Below, piece after piece: positions 13,507 through 26,500 of a stretch of 64,000 nucleotides of DNA. Every line of letters begins with the position of its first letter. Position 1 is the stretch's first letter. Under the pieces are notes generated by a model. That model made no database searches. It saw only the letters and a list, made by a program, of their open reading frames with translations, and was not told the origin of the DNA. Source of the DNA: Thalia democratica (taxonomy: Eukaryota). The position numbers and the translations under genes were made by a program. The stretch lies in assembly GCA_965202585.1 (NCBI GenBank), contig OZ241831.1:11098001-11162000 (forward strand), in the 5' to 3' direction.

Positions 13507-16500
13507 CTCTCAGTTCTAAAACTGTTTATTTCTTAGCTATGTTTTTAGAAATCTTTCACTAAATGGTTGTTCCAGAATGTAGAAGATACACAGATCAGCA
13601 AGTGTGGTACTTTTTTAAATTAACATTTAACGTTTGAATTTCAATTCGAAATATAAGCATTCAAAGATTAAAAAAAACAAATTGAAAAATATTTTTATAT
13701 AATAAAGTGACATTATAAGAGAAAAATTAAGCTTGAAAGAAAATACAAATTTTGTTCGGTTATAAATGTTATTATTCACAATAAGTCACGCAAAAAAAAT
13801 TCTGGTAAAAATGGTTATAAAAGAAAAACAACTAAATTTTGCTAGTCTAAGTAACAAAAAAGCGTATCGAATTGGAAAAGGTCATTTTAGGCGACAAAGA
13901 TTAAGTTAGCTAATAATTAGGAGCTTATTTTAGTAATTATACTTTTATCAAAGTGAGAATTTTGCTAATACGATCTACAAACCAAAACATTTAACTTCAA
14001 ATAAAATTTAACAGCTTTGTATATTATCAGCTAAGCTGTGAGATTAAAATTGCCAGACTAATTCGATAATAGACACTTTTACATGGCAGCTCTGAGAACT
14101 AGACAGTATAAAGAATAAATTACTCGAATTAAACGAAATATATACTTTTGATAACAAAATAATCAATTCAAACTTATATAATGACTGTTTTTAATTTTCT
14201 AAACAGCACTTATACCACGTAGAACTTGAAAGCAATCTTCTCCAACTCCAGAGTTTAAAGTACATTTTTCTTCAAAAATATTAGCTCAACGAAAATTGAA
14301 CGATTTTGTTTAATGTTTTACTCGAGTGCTTAAAGTGTTGCTCTTTTGTTTGTTCATTTCCATACTTTGTCTTTAAACATTCGCGACACCTTTTGTACGA
14401 GTAATCTAACTGTAAACACGATAAGTGGTAAAGCATAAATCTTGTTTGTCTCGCCGAGCAATTCTGCAAAGCGGGATTTCTGGCTGTCACATCAGTCTTC
14501 TTTGCAACATAATTGATCCAAGAGACATAATTCTGGTTTTTTGAGGATTTAAGCTGTTGAGTGCAGAAGAGTGAGGTTTGGGCAAACAGCACAAAGTTTT
14601 TGTTTGCTCATAAAAGGCTTCTTGTAACGAAGATTGGTGAGAATGAGTGAGGAAAAGCAAACAAGAGGTAGCCTGCTTGTCCGTAAGTGGATTGCTTTAC
14701 AACTTGATTTGTACATCCCAGTATCACCTGTAAACAATAATCGATGTTTTGATATTTTTTGTTTATCAGTATAAAGGTAATGACTTTTTTATGTATCATG
14801 TTTTAAATTAGGAACGTAGTCCATATTGTTGAGAATTTCTAAGCTTGATCTAACCTTTTTACATGAGTTAATTTCGACAGACTTTAAGGAAAAAATTGTA
14901 TAAAGTTTGAAAAACAAAGTAGTTTGAAATTTTTGAACCAATTGAATTTTAAAATATTTCAATTAAAAATTGTCTATAATGTTTTGCTTAAACCCATAGT
15001 ATCATACTTAATGTTTGCTCAAAAACTTAGTATATTAAATTGTTTTTTTTTGCGTTAAATATGTTTAAAAACGCTTGTAAAAATCAAAGATTTAAGCAAA
15101 TTTAACAGTGCACTTTGGTTATAAGCCAACTTTATGAACTAAACATCAGGAAATAAAAAATATATATTTAAAAAAATACAAGTAACTTGGCAAAGATTAA
15201 ATACTTTAAACAACTATAATTGTATTGAATTTAAAATTTATTTGTTTTTTTTTATTTTACTTATTAAACTTAAACATCTGAGACTTTAAAAAATACATTA
15301 TATTTTGTGTTTCTAATAAAAATTGTAAAGTTTGGGGAATTTGTTTTTATTTTACAAGTGCTGCTGCCAAAACCTGTTGAAAATCATCATACAACAATTT
15401 TTCAATTTTAATTTAATATTGTATACAAAAAAGTTGACGTAATATCTAAACTGTTGGCACTTTTATGAAATGAATGTTATTATTTCACAAGATCATTACA
15501 AATTAGCGACAAAATCACCAGCTCATAAACTCAACACTGTCTGCACCGTGACAATAATTCGTGATTTTAAAATTAAACGTCATGTTCTATGTAGTACTCG
15601 TAATTATTCTCCTTGTAACTTTAATTAAAAATAAACGACTCAAAGTTATTGCTACGTTCTATGGGAACATAATCAATGTAAATACTAAAAAAAAAGTTTA
15701 ACCCAAAAAAAATTACAAATATATTTTATTTGCTTAGCAACACAAAGGAAGCGGATTTTCTTCGAAACTGCTCAAGCGTGAACCTTGACGGGACTCTTTA
15801 GTGGGCTTAGAAGAACTTTAGTTGCTTAGAAATGGCAAAAAAAAACTTAAAGCAATAAAAATAGTTGCAACCAAGACCCTATTTAGAGTAACAATACCAT
15901 ACAAAACATTTTTCATCTGACTTCTTTTAAGCATATGCTTACTTAATTCCAATTGCTTTGTGTCTATAAATTATTTAATGTTTACAAGTTTTTAGGTATT
16001 ACGAGGCAAATTGTACCGTGAAATGTTTTCATATTTCACACTCTTAAAACAGTACAGCTTTCTCATTTTATTTTAACTTTAAATAAAATACTTTTACTGA
16101 TACTTTTAAATGATGACGAAAGCTTTTAAAAAAATGTGAAGTTAGTAAAGTTACAACTCTAATTCTCAATACAGTTTGCATTTTATAGTTTAAATAAACA
16201 TTCTTTTCACATTTTAATTAAAAAATTTATAAATTATTTCCACTTGGATAATTAAACAATTTATTTTTAAACTTTAATAAACTTTTTTCCGTGTGACCAG
16301 TATTTTCACAGCTCGCGAAATAAGTTAATGAGGCCAAAATTTTCGTAATAAATAATTTTGTAAACACCACTAATTGAATAATTTAAATAAACTGCAAGTC
16401 AATGAGTGCAAAAAAGTGATTTCAGTGATTATAGTTTGTATACATCCGCATTTTAATTATATTTTTGTAAACACAAGGCTCTGATTTTGTAAACACAATC

Positions 16501-17119
16501 AAACTTAATGAGAAACATATTTTCAAAATTCTTTAAATTGTAGTGCTAAAAAGATTTTGAAAGTTTTTAGTTAAGTGAGAAAGTTTGCATTTAGTAGTAT
16601 AAACCTAATGATAATTGTTATAAAAAGGTTTTATTTTATTGATCGAAATCTCCTAAAAATGTTTATATATGCTTAATTTGACATATTTAGTGTTTATAAA
16701 ATTAATATGTACATCGTTGTTAAAACTTTTAACTATGATTTATAACAGTTTAAATTGTATTTGTTTCAGTTAGTTTTAAAAATAAAACACAACATGCTAA
16801 TAAACTTAGTAACGTATAAACTATGATGTACAAAACAAACTCAGAATTTTCAATATGTTTTTAAGAAGCAAACACTTTTTTTTCAAAGTATACAGAATAA
16901 ATATATAATTCATACGTTTGTATTTCGAAGTAAAAGCGTTATAATTTTTTCAAGTTTTCATTCACCTTAGTATAATTAAGATGCATTTACAACCAAATTT
17001 TATGTGTAAACTATCAAAAACCTGGTAAAGTTTAATAAAACATAAACACAAGGAGCTTTACAAGTTTAAAAACTAAACCCTGCTTAATAAACTCCTGTTT
17101 AATACTTTACCATAAACAA

Positions 17120-20060
17120 GTTTAGCACGGCATGGAGCAACATATTAAGCGTATGAACATGCATATTAGTTTGTGTTCACCTCCAAAAAAACCCAAACTC
17201 ACAAATAAACATGCACACAACACAAGAGACTTAACAATGTTTAGAAGGCAAACAGCGAAGTTTCGTCGCAAACCTTCATGCAAACTCTCAGCCGCGCAAC
17301 AGCCAGGAATGCTGCCCTGCGGCGACAGCTAACTTTATACTGTGAGCTTCAAACTCGATTTAAAAGATCAAATTTAACGACTTAAACCGTGACAAAAAGC
17401 TGTTTGAGCTCTTGCACACAGGCTAGCAGGCGTATAACCGAGCGAGACTGCGAACGATTTGTGCTTCAAAAGCGCAAAAAGTTAGCTGCCTTACAAACTC
17501 TCGACGGTTTTAATCTGCTTTTTAAAAACTTTTTGGCCGCACACTCGAAATAAACATGTTAGAAACTTTGTATTAAAGCTTCAAAACCTGAATGTTAGTT
17601 GTAAAGTTGTGTTTCAATGCTTAAAAAAACTATAAAGTGTTTTATTTCATGTTATCTTTAATCTTTTTATTGTAAACTTAAAACAAACATGAAACACCGA
17701 TTTTAGAATAAGCTATTTAATTGTATTTAGCCATAAAAAGGCGTTAACGTTTCACAGCTGTAATTTCTTGTACATTTTAAAGTTTTACTGTTCAAAAGCT
17801 GTAATATAGTTTGGCTATTCAACTCTTGTTTTGTTTCTTTTTTTAATCTAACTAAACATTTTTATAAACATTATGTTTTTCAACAAATAGTTTTTGTTAA
17901 TTTTACATCGTCTATTTTACCATAACTAATTTGTTTTAAAACTGTTTTTCCGTATTCAAAACTCAAACAGTATATAAATTAGATAAGTAGGTATATCTTT
18001 ACGAAAAATTATTTTTACTAAACTTGTATTTTTAGTGTTTATTCTGCTAAAAATTTTTCATAAGCTCTTTATCTTTTTTTTCAGTTTGTAAAATCGTTAA
18101 AAACTGAAATCTTAAAATCTAAAAGGCAAAGATAGTCACATAATACTATAATATCTTACACTGTAAAAACAAGGCTTTACGCTTTTTAAAAGCACAAAAA
18201 CCAGTTTTTTCTGCTGATTTAATCTGTTTTCACAAAACTCCGTGATCGTAGACTTAAATAAACAATAAACATCGATTTTCAGCTTTCAAATAAAACCAGA
18301 TTACAGGTAAGCTTGTTACTTGTTCTAGTATTTCGAACGAAATGAACGCTCCATGGCTGTTAAACCGAACCGGCTTACTGAAGCATAATAACTGTAAAAG
18401 TTAATTGGTTTGTTGTTACTGCGGATTTAAAACTCTTATACGCTTGAGCTTGCAGCGCAAAGGTACAATATTACAATTTAAAGTTGCATTAAACTGAAAA
18501 TTAACTTAATATTATGGATAATAACTTAGATTTTTTCGTTTTGGTTAGTTAACAAATGAACGCTTCACAAGTTTGAACTTTATTTAAAGCAGATTAAACT
18601 TTGAAAGTTTTGAAGCATAAATTAGTTAATCATTCGAAAAGCTAAAACATAATACTCTGAATAAAAACACTGAGATTATAAGTTTAATTCTTGTTAAATT
18701 AAACAAAATTAAGTGATCTGCGTTAGATTAAAATTCCAAAACTCTCCAGGCACTGTTGTTGTTCACAAAAAATTTACTCGAGCTAAAAATAGAAAAATTA
18801 AGACTGCAAAATACTCAACATTAATGTGTAATCAGTCCCTGTGGAAGCCTGAGTCACTTTTGAGTCACACTTGTTTGTTTAAGCACGCAGAAATAGAAAT
18901 CGGAAGCGCAGTTGCAGTGCTCGTAATTGCCAGCTTTGCTGAAAAATCAGCCGCTGATTACGCGAGCTGTGAGTGCAATTGTCAGAGGAAGTGTCGTTAA
19001 AAAGCAGCTTCAAACGTTGCGCTCGTTTTGCCATTAAAGGCGCGCATTTTCGTCGTTCGCGGAGAATGTGCACCCAGAAAAGTTTAAGTGTACTTTTGTC
19101 AACGATTAACAATTTGTTTGTTCTGCTTTTCTTCCAGTTTGTTTTCTTTGCTTTGCGCATTTTTTTTCCTTCTGTGAGCGGCTTTGATTGGCGATCAGAA
19201 GGAGTTTATTAGCTTCGTATCAGCCTTGCACGCCAGTTATAAAGTGACGCGCTGTTTGCTTATCGTAGATTTTGTTTGCCTTCGTTTTTTAATATACCAG
19301 CCCCTGTGTTCTAAAGCGCTGCAAATTCCTTTAAATGTTGGCGCTTACGTAATTTTGTTTTCACGTGTGTGCAAATCGATTCAAGCAAATATTTGGTTTA
19401 AAATAAATGTCATCATGTAAATCCCACGGCTAATATTTGTGCTTGTGCTAATAAACATTATCTTTTAAGTATGAGGTTTTGACAAAAAGACACACATTTT
19501 GTTTTAATAGCTTAGCTTGCAAACATATTTTTATCGCAAACACTGCTTTGAACATGCAACGCCCATTAGCAAATGAAGCACTCAAAGCTAAATTCTTTTC
19601 ATGACACTCTAACTTTAAAGTAAATATAAATCGTTTTCTCACATTAAATTTTGAATAAACTTTTAGTTCCTAATTATAATTCACTACATCTAGCTTAAGC
19701 CGAGCCGACTTGCAAACAAGCTGTTTTCGCTTGTCAAAATCCACCGGAATAAAAAGCTGACAACTTTATCAGCAAACACTGAGCGCTGAACTACTTCCTT
19801 TGCTCGGCTAAAACAAAAGTCAGCAGCTCAGCTCTGGCAGTGAGAATTAATGGGCTTAGGGAAAGCAAAACAAGCGGCCTTTGAAGTGCGATCAGCTCAT
19901 AACAAGATAAGAAGGCTGATTGCCATCACAAATCAGTTGATAATTTCGCAACATAACCCCTCGTGTCTGATGGTAATTGCTTTCTCATCATGCTGTTCTT
20001 TCGAGATGCAATCAGCTTTTTAAACTGTTTTTGACACTGCTAGCTCGTTTTTGATACACG
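17120..20060. promoter_or_regulatory. Group of CpG-rich non-coding islands 3' of gsc (about 17120-17560, 18220-18470, 18700-19450, 19690-20060); candidate enhancers
   Basis: Sharp rise in GC/CpG over background; no spliceable or codon-biased ORF. Confidence 0.4.
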
Positions 20061-21100
20061 TTTATAAAGAGAAGTTGATTATTTTAATCCGGTTTTGGTT
20101 AATACGCGGTTAGTAAACTTGAGTGTTAGTTAAGCTAAGCGTAGTTTACTTATTTGATATTAATTTGTTTTTGTAGCTGGTAACATTTGAATAAACCTTT
20201 TAAAATTAGCTTAACACTTTTTAAGCTGCTTATCAACATCAGTCTACAGTTTAAATGAGCTTGTTTTGTGAACAAGTTTAACTGAAAACACCTTCAAAAA
20301 TTCATCATAACCTTATTAGCTTTAATCTTGATGAACAGTTTGAAAGTAGTGGTTAGTGCAGAATAAAACAATAAAATTCAGCTTATATTAGTAAGTTCTT
20401 ATCAAGCATTTAAACTTTTAGTGACTTTAATTTTATACCTAAATACGGTTGTCACAGAAAAAATTAGTTAATTTTTTATTGTTTATGTTATAAAAGATAG
20501 CAGTATTTATGAGTATTTTGTATAAAACTCCAACTTAATTGCACAAACCAATATCCTAAAAAAAAACTTCATTTAATATTTAATATATACGAAGCTCGTG
20601 TTGACATAAAATTTAAGACTTGCTGAACAATTTCAATGACTGCTTTTGTATAAACACCAATTACTGTGTGATTTGACGTGCGTCTATCACCACTTCATAC
20701 AAAAGCTTCTCTTTATTTAAAAATGTCTATACACCATGAAACCGCCTGATCTAGTTCAATGTTGAATATCCACATTAAATAAATAAGACTTTTAAAGTCA
20801 GTTAAAGCACCTTTGAGACAGATAATTTAACAATCTAATGCGTTTAAGTAATAATTTGAATGCTATTTTATTTGATTTAGTTTAAAAAAGTTACATATTT
20901 TATATTTAACACTTTTTACTAACACAAAACCTTTGTATTTTTGTTAAAAATTTGAAATATCTAACTTAAGTTTTTGCTTAAATACATAAATATAGCTAAA
21001 TACTACACATTACACAAAATAAGTTTAAAGTTATATATTTCACTACACTACTTATGTAATTTATAAACAAAAATACGAACTTTTGTGCTATACATACAAG

Positions 21101-21106
21101 TTTATT
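21101..21106 (-). terminator. Candidate gsc polyadenylation signal AATAAA, implying a ~2.3 kb 3'UTR (23421 to ~21085)
   Basis: AATAAA on the minus strand has U-rich upstream and GU/U-rich downstream sequence, exactly where the GC-rich tract gives way to background AT-rich DNA. Alternative signals exist at 21777-21782 and 21398-21403. Confidence 0.45.
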
Positions 21107-23421
21107 ATCAACAACAATTTCGTACTCGAGAATATAGAGATATATGCAAAAATAAACAAAAGTGAAATCTATGTATATATAAGAATATGCAAACGAGCTT
21201 CACTCTCAACGGCCGCCGAGCCGCCAACCCCACAGAGTGGCAACTCGACGCGGTCCTAACAACAACTGGGGTGAAACCCCTGGACCGAATGCGCCACAAA
21301 AAGAAAGTGGTCCGGAAAATTTACGACGAGCCTGTATGTGGTTTGCTACGCGCTTTCCGCCAACCAGAGAGGCGGAAAGGGGCTTAAAACTTTTCGCTTT
21401 ATTTTTACTGTTTTTTTTTAACCTACTCTCTTGTTTCTGTTAACTCCGTTCGTTTTGCAATTACCCGCGACCCAGGCCGCTACTCGGCCGGGCGCCAAAA
21501 AAGAATATACACATTACGGTCATGCTGCTTCGAATGCTCGGCGACCCGCGCTCCGCACTTTATCACAGCAAGGCTTATCTTGTTCTAGGGGGCGCCCCTC
21601 ACCCCGGCCCCAAAACCCTCCTCCCCAACAACGATCTTGAAGTTGGCGGGCGGCGGAGTTGATCCGGGTGCGAACCAGCGCAATCCGGACCTCCTCCCCC
21701 TCCGCCAAAGACTCGGCTCGAAGTGGAAAATCGGACCTTAGGGCAGGTTGAGGGGCGAAAATACAAAAATTCTCCTTTTATTGTTGAAAGCCGAGCCCTA
21801 CTTTCGCTAAAACAGCCGACCTTAGCTCCTACAGAAGCTTTTAGGACTGACGGTTTCATTTGTAAAGGCGGGACTCGGCTTTCGAATAGGGAGCGGAAAT
21901 ATCACTACATTTTATGACGTCACAAAAAGCTTTTAAATTAGTAGCAACCACACTGAGCATAGGTCTTCATCGCGTAAATAGTTTGTTCAATTCGCAAAAG
22001 AAACTTGTGCTTTAGAAAAAAGAGAGACTTTAATATTGTTAATAACCATGTTTTAACTTAAGTTACAAGCATGCTAAAAAACCCTCATAAAGTCCAAAAA
22101 GATATAGTTCTTACACTTTATATTTAATAAGCACTTAGTCAAAAAAACATCTTAATCAAAATATAGTATAACTTAAAAATATTTAAAGCGTTAAAAACAT
22201 AGCTTAAATTCACAAAAAAAAAGAAAATGTTTCCTGAGAGTTCTTTTATAAGAGAAAATTTCAACAAACGAGCACTTTTGCGAACGAAAAATAAAACACT
22301 TTCATTCAATATATAATACACATGTATCAAAAACCGAACAACACATTGTCGCTCAATTACTCTTGGTCTCTCAGATCAACGCTTACCATCAACACGCTTA
22401 ACTTTTGTGAAATGTAAAATTCCAATGGTCATCTGACGTCAAAGTTTTACACAGATCATCATAAAATAGGGTGATAGGGGAAAGAGGAGGGGTGGGAGAG
22501 AGAAAAAAAATTAAGGATGTTAGAGCATAGAGAATGTCAGTGTAAAGGCACTTTATCAGGATTTAAAAGAGGTGCATGTATATATATATAAGAGCAAGTA
22601 AGAGTGAAAGGATTTTGATTATCTTTTAAAAAAATAGAACAATCTAATGGGGAATTTTAGTATTAAAAGGAGCAGCGTGTTAAGCAGCACCTGGAAACAT
22701 AAAAAGTACCGGGCCGGACGGTGCGCCCAAAGTCAGAAGGAGCCTTAAGTTTCAGTTCGGTTGGGAACCAGCCCAGTTGCTGGCCTCGCTACACGGCGCC
22801 AGGCCACGAAACCAGCCACCAAACAGAAAAGTGTCCTCGACTAACAGTGAGCTCGCGTCCGGTCGGCGGGGTCATTTAACTAATGGGAAAGGAGAGAGTT
22901 TTTTAAATGGGGTTTCTAAGTAGGGAGATTGTAGAAAATAAAGTTTAAAAGAAACTTTTTAGTCTTGTGACCATTTTTAAACTAACAAGAGTTGTTTTCA
23001 CTAGCAAAAGGTGTCTGGTAGGTTGAAATAAAAGGTGTGGAGTAACTAACGCCAGTGATAATTTAAAAAAATCTGGTCCACGTAAAAAATATGGTATGAG
23101 CAGAAACGGGTACCAGCCTAAGGGTGGAAAGCGTTGAGACAGAGACAAAAGTAGTTAAAGGAAGAAAAAACTGAAATTAAAACTTTTTAATACGTAAGGC
23201 TACGGCAAAACTTTTTAAAACATATCTGGCGACGAAAACGTCTCAAACAGCAAAAAAAATTAGAGCTAACGTCGTATCACAAACAGTGAACGCAAAACGC
23301 TTAAGGCATTTCGAGTGAAAAAAATGCGACTTGCGCAGTAAAAAGTAGTAAAAACAGAGTTTTCTTCGATTAACGGACTTCTGCTCTGTTCCGGTGCTTT
23401 CCCTGGACCCGTGCACGGGGT

Positions 23422-23542
23422 TTAGTCGACCCTGACGACGGGATCCTCCTCGGCCTCCTGCTTGATCTTCATGCCGGAGTAAGAGTCCATGGAGGAGTTG
23501 CCGGAAACGAACCTCTCCTTCTGAGGGCTGAGAGTGCCAGAG
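23422..23542 (-). CDS. gsc: gsc last coding exon ([39 protein letters not shown])
   Basis: Acceptor TTCAACAG|; phase matches exon 3 (AG|C = Ser); strong GC3 codon bias; TAA ends at 23422. Confidence 0.82.
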
Positions 23543-26500
23543 CTGTTGAAAAAATTATGTTTAGTAATTTATAAAGACATTTGTTTTTTATTTTATTTTT
23601 TTCAAAACTTTATATAAAGATTTTTTTAAATGTAAATAATTAAAAAAGTACAATACTGAGACAATATTCTTTTGAAATCTGGCTGGAACAGTGAAGCAAA
23701 TTAGCAAAAGATAAGCGGCGTCAAAACAAGTTGTTGCAACATTAAGCCGACGCCTAATCAACACAATAATCAGCGATAGAAAGCAGCTAATTGAGCCGAA
23801 ACAACAACAAGCAGTGTCGTTGTGTGGCCGCTGCAAATTACGCGGATTTCTCTGTTTGCTTTGTGCCTTAAACTCTCTCTCTCGCTCGCTCTCTTTTGCT
23901 GTGCTTTTTGCTGGGAGGCTACCGAAAATAAAAGGCTCGGGTTTTTATCAGCAAGCTTCAATGAATCACGCTGGCGGCTGGCTAATGTAGCTGCGCTGCA
24001 TCTGCACTAAATTAAAGTTGTTATCTCGAGGTGACGTAATTTTAATGTACTTGTTTGATAGCCGCCACGAACCCCCCACTGTCACGAGAAAGCTGCTTTC
24101 TCTGTATGTGCGAGCGCTGCTCACGGCTTCCTTTCTCGCCGTGCAACGTTCAGTTTAAAGCGTTAATTTTCTCCGCGGCTCAGCTTAACAAGCGGTTTCA
24201 GCGCCCGTGATTCATCGCTTAAGTTCCCGTAATAGCAATTCTCTGCAAACGCCGATTTTCTTTTTATAGCAAGTCTGAGGTCTGATTTTTTTTCGTGTGA
24301 GAAAGTGAAGGAATACGCCGAGTCGCGATGAGCACCGCCAAGCCATTCACCGCAGCTGCCGACTTACACATTAGTTCACCACACACAAGCAAGCAATTTA
24401 AACCGATTTCAATTACTCTTTAATGAGCTTTCATTGCGCGCACATGCTAATTGGCCGGGCCTCTCAATTGAAACATCATCAGCAGCGCGCTCACAATGGC
24501 CTTTCGGTTTCTTTAAAGCGCTTAAGCCATCCCGCTTAATGGATGGGCGTTTGAAATCGAAGTGAACTTTTGATCCCCGGTAACGTATCTGCCCAGTGCA
24601 GTTTGAAAGAATTAACATCGAGAGCATTGGGAGCAATTAAAACGTTTGCTTGATTTCTTCGCCTGACCCCGCTGAAAGTCGCTTGTTTCTACCAAAACAA
24701 TATTAAGGAGCCAGCCAGCCGTGAAAAGCACCGAAGAAAAAGAAATAAATCTTAAAGGTCTTTTGGTTTGAATTGAGGGATAAGGCCGAGTCGAATTACG
24801 GCGGTGGCGTTTGCCAGCAAAAACTTTTTTTTTAATTTTGAAAAAAAAATCTTTCAACTGCTTGGCTAATGTAATGAAAATATCGCGTTTCGGTCACGCT
24901 TGCCTTCAGCAGTTGAGCCCCCTTACTTGGTTTTTTGCTCTTAAGAAAAAAATTATCTGCGCAACGTTTCAGATTTGACTTCGAAAGCCTGCTAAGATCT
25001 CTTTTCGGCCCAGTGGGTTTATGACCTTTGCCTCGCGTTTTATTCAACCGACTGAAGCAAACATTTTGCTTTATTGCCTCGCTTAAAACCTTATTGCCAA
25101 AAAAATGAAGATTTTTTGCTGATTAGAAGTTTATTTCAAGTGCCAGCAACAAACGTTGTTTTATAGCCTTTTGTGTACATCTTTTGCCAACAACAGCTAA
25201 TATTTTTATTTAATTAAAAGTTTGTGTTTTAAACAAACTGTTTTATTTGTGCCAAAACACAAAAGAAAATAGATAAATTAAAGAATTGTCAAGTGGCGTG
25301 GTTGTAACTAAACACTTTCATGGTAATTGACTCTTTTTGTAATTAAAGTTGTTTGATGATATGCAAATAAAACGCCTGCTGTTAACTTATATTTTTGTTT
25401 TGAGAAAATTACAAATAAAGCTTAAATCAATTAAAATAATGAGATATGTCCCGCTGGGAATTGATATAAGCCTTTTGTCAAAGCAAAAAATTTAAGCATA
25501 TTAAACTATTCAAAGATTTTGAGTTTTAGAAAAATAAATTTCATAATCAAACTATTTTAAAAGCTTTTATTCTGTTTTATAGTTTATTAAATGTATTAAA
25601 GCATTAAATATAAGTTTTCACTATAATCTTTGAAATTAATTTTTGCTTGGCTTAACTTTAATGATTAAAAATTTTAAACCAAAGCTTATGTTTAAACTTT
25701 ATAAAACAATAAAAGTTGGTTTCGTAGATTATTAAGTTAAAAAATATTGATATTAAAACATAATAAGTAGCTAAATTACTAAACTCATTTTTTTAAACTT
25801 AATCATTTTAAAGCCAAACAAAAGCTAAAAAATAAACTTTAACATATAAACAGATTAAATTTCAATACATTAACTTAAAAAGTATAAAATAAATTTGTTT
25901 TCAATACAATAATATAAAAATGTTACCTGCTTGGCGACATGCGATCAGGGCTGGGCAGAGTTGAAGCGATAGATCCTGCCTCACTGCCAGCTTTCACCAC
26001 GGCCTGCTCACGCTCGCGCACTTGCTTTCTGTGCTTGGCTCTTCGGTTCTTGAACCAAACCTGCGAACATGAGAAAATTGTTTACAAGTGTCGATAGTTT
26101 GCGGGTATCAAGTAAGCATTGGCACATGCATGTGTTAAACAAGTTGTAGTAGAAAATTGTAGGCAGCAAAAATGTATAATTTGCTTAGTATTTGGAAAAT
26201 TCTAGTCTAAGTCTTTGAAAAGTTCTTAAGTTATTTCTTAATTTGTATAAGAAGATTAACTTATTAAAATGAGTGGCTACAATTGATCTTATAAACCTAT
26301 AAGAACTTCTAAAAAGATTAGTTTGTCTTATGTTTAACAGCTAATAATTAATCCTTAAATAAGTTGTTTGAAGTAGTTTAAATTAAACATAACATGTTAT
26401 AATTAGGGTTTTTACTAAACAGTCATTTATAAAAATTTAAACTCTTAATCTGATTACAACAACTTGAGAAATAAAACAAGCTACTTTAAAAGCACTTTTA

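Noticed and set aside
21108-21917. Seven short overlapping ORFs (62-86 aa) on both strands
   Set aside because: Expected in a GC-rich patch; no codon bias, homology or splice context. Treated as UTR or regulatory DNA.
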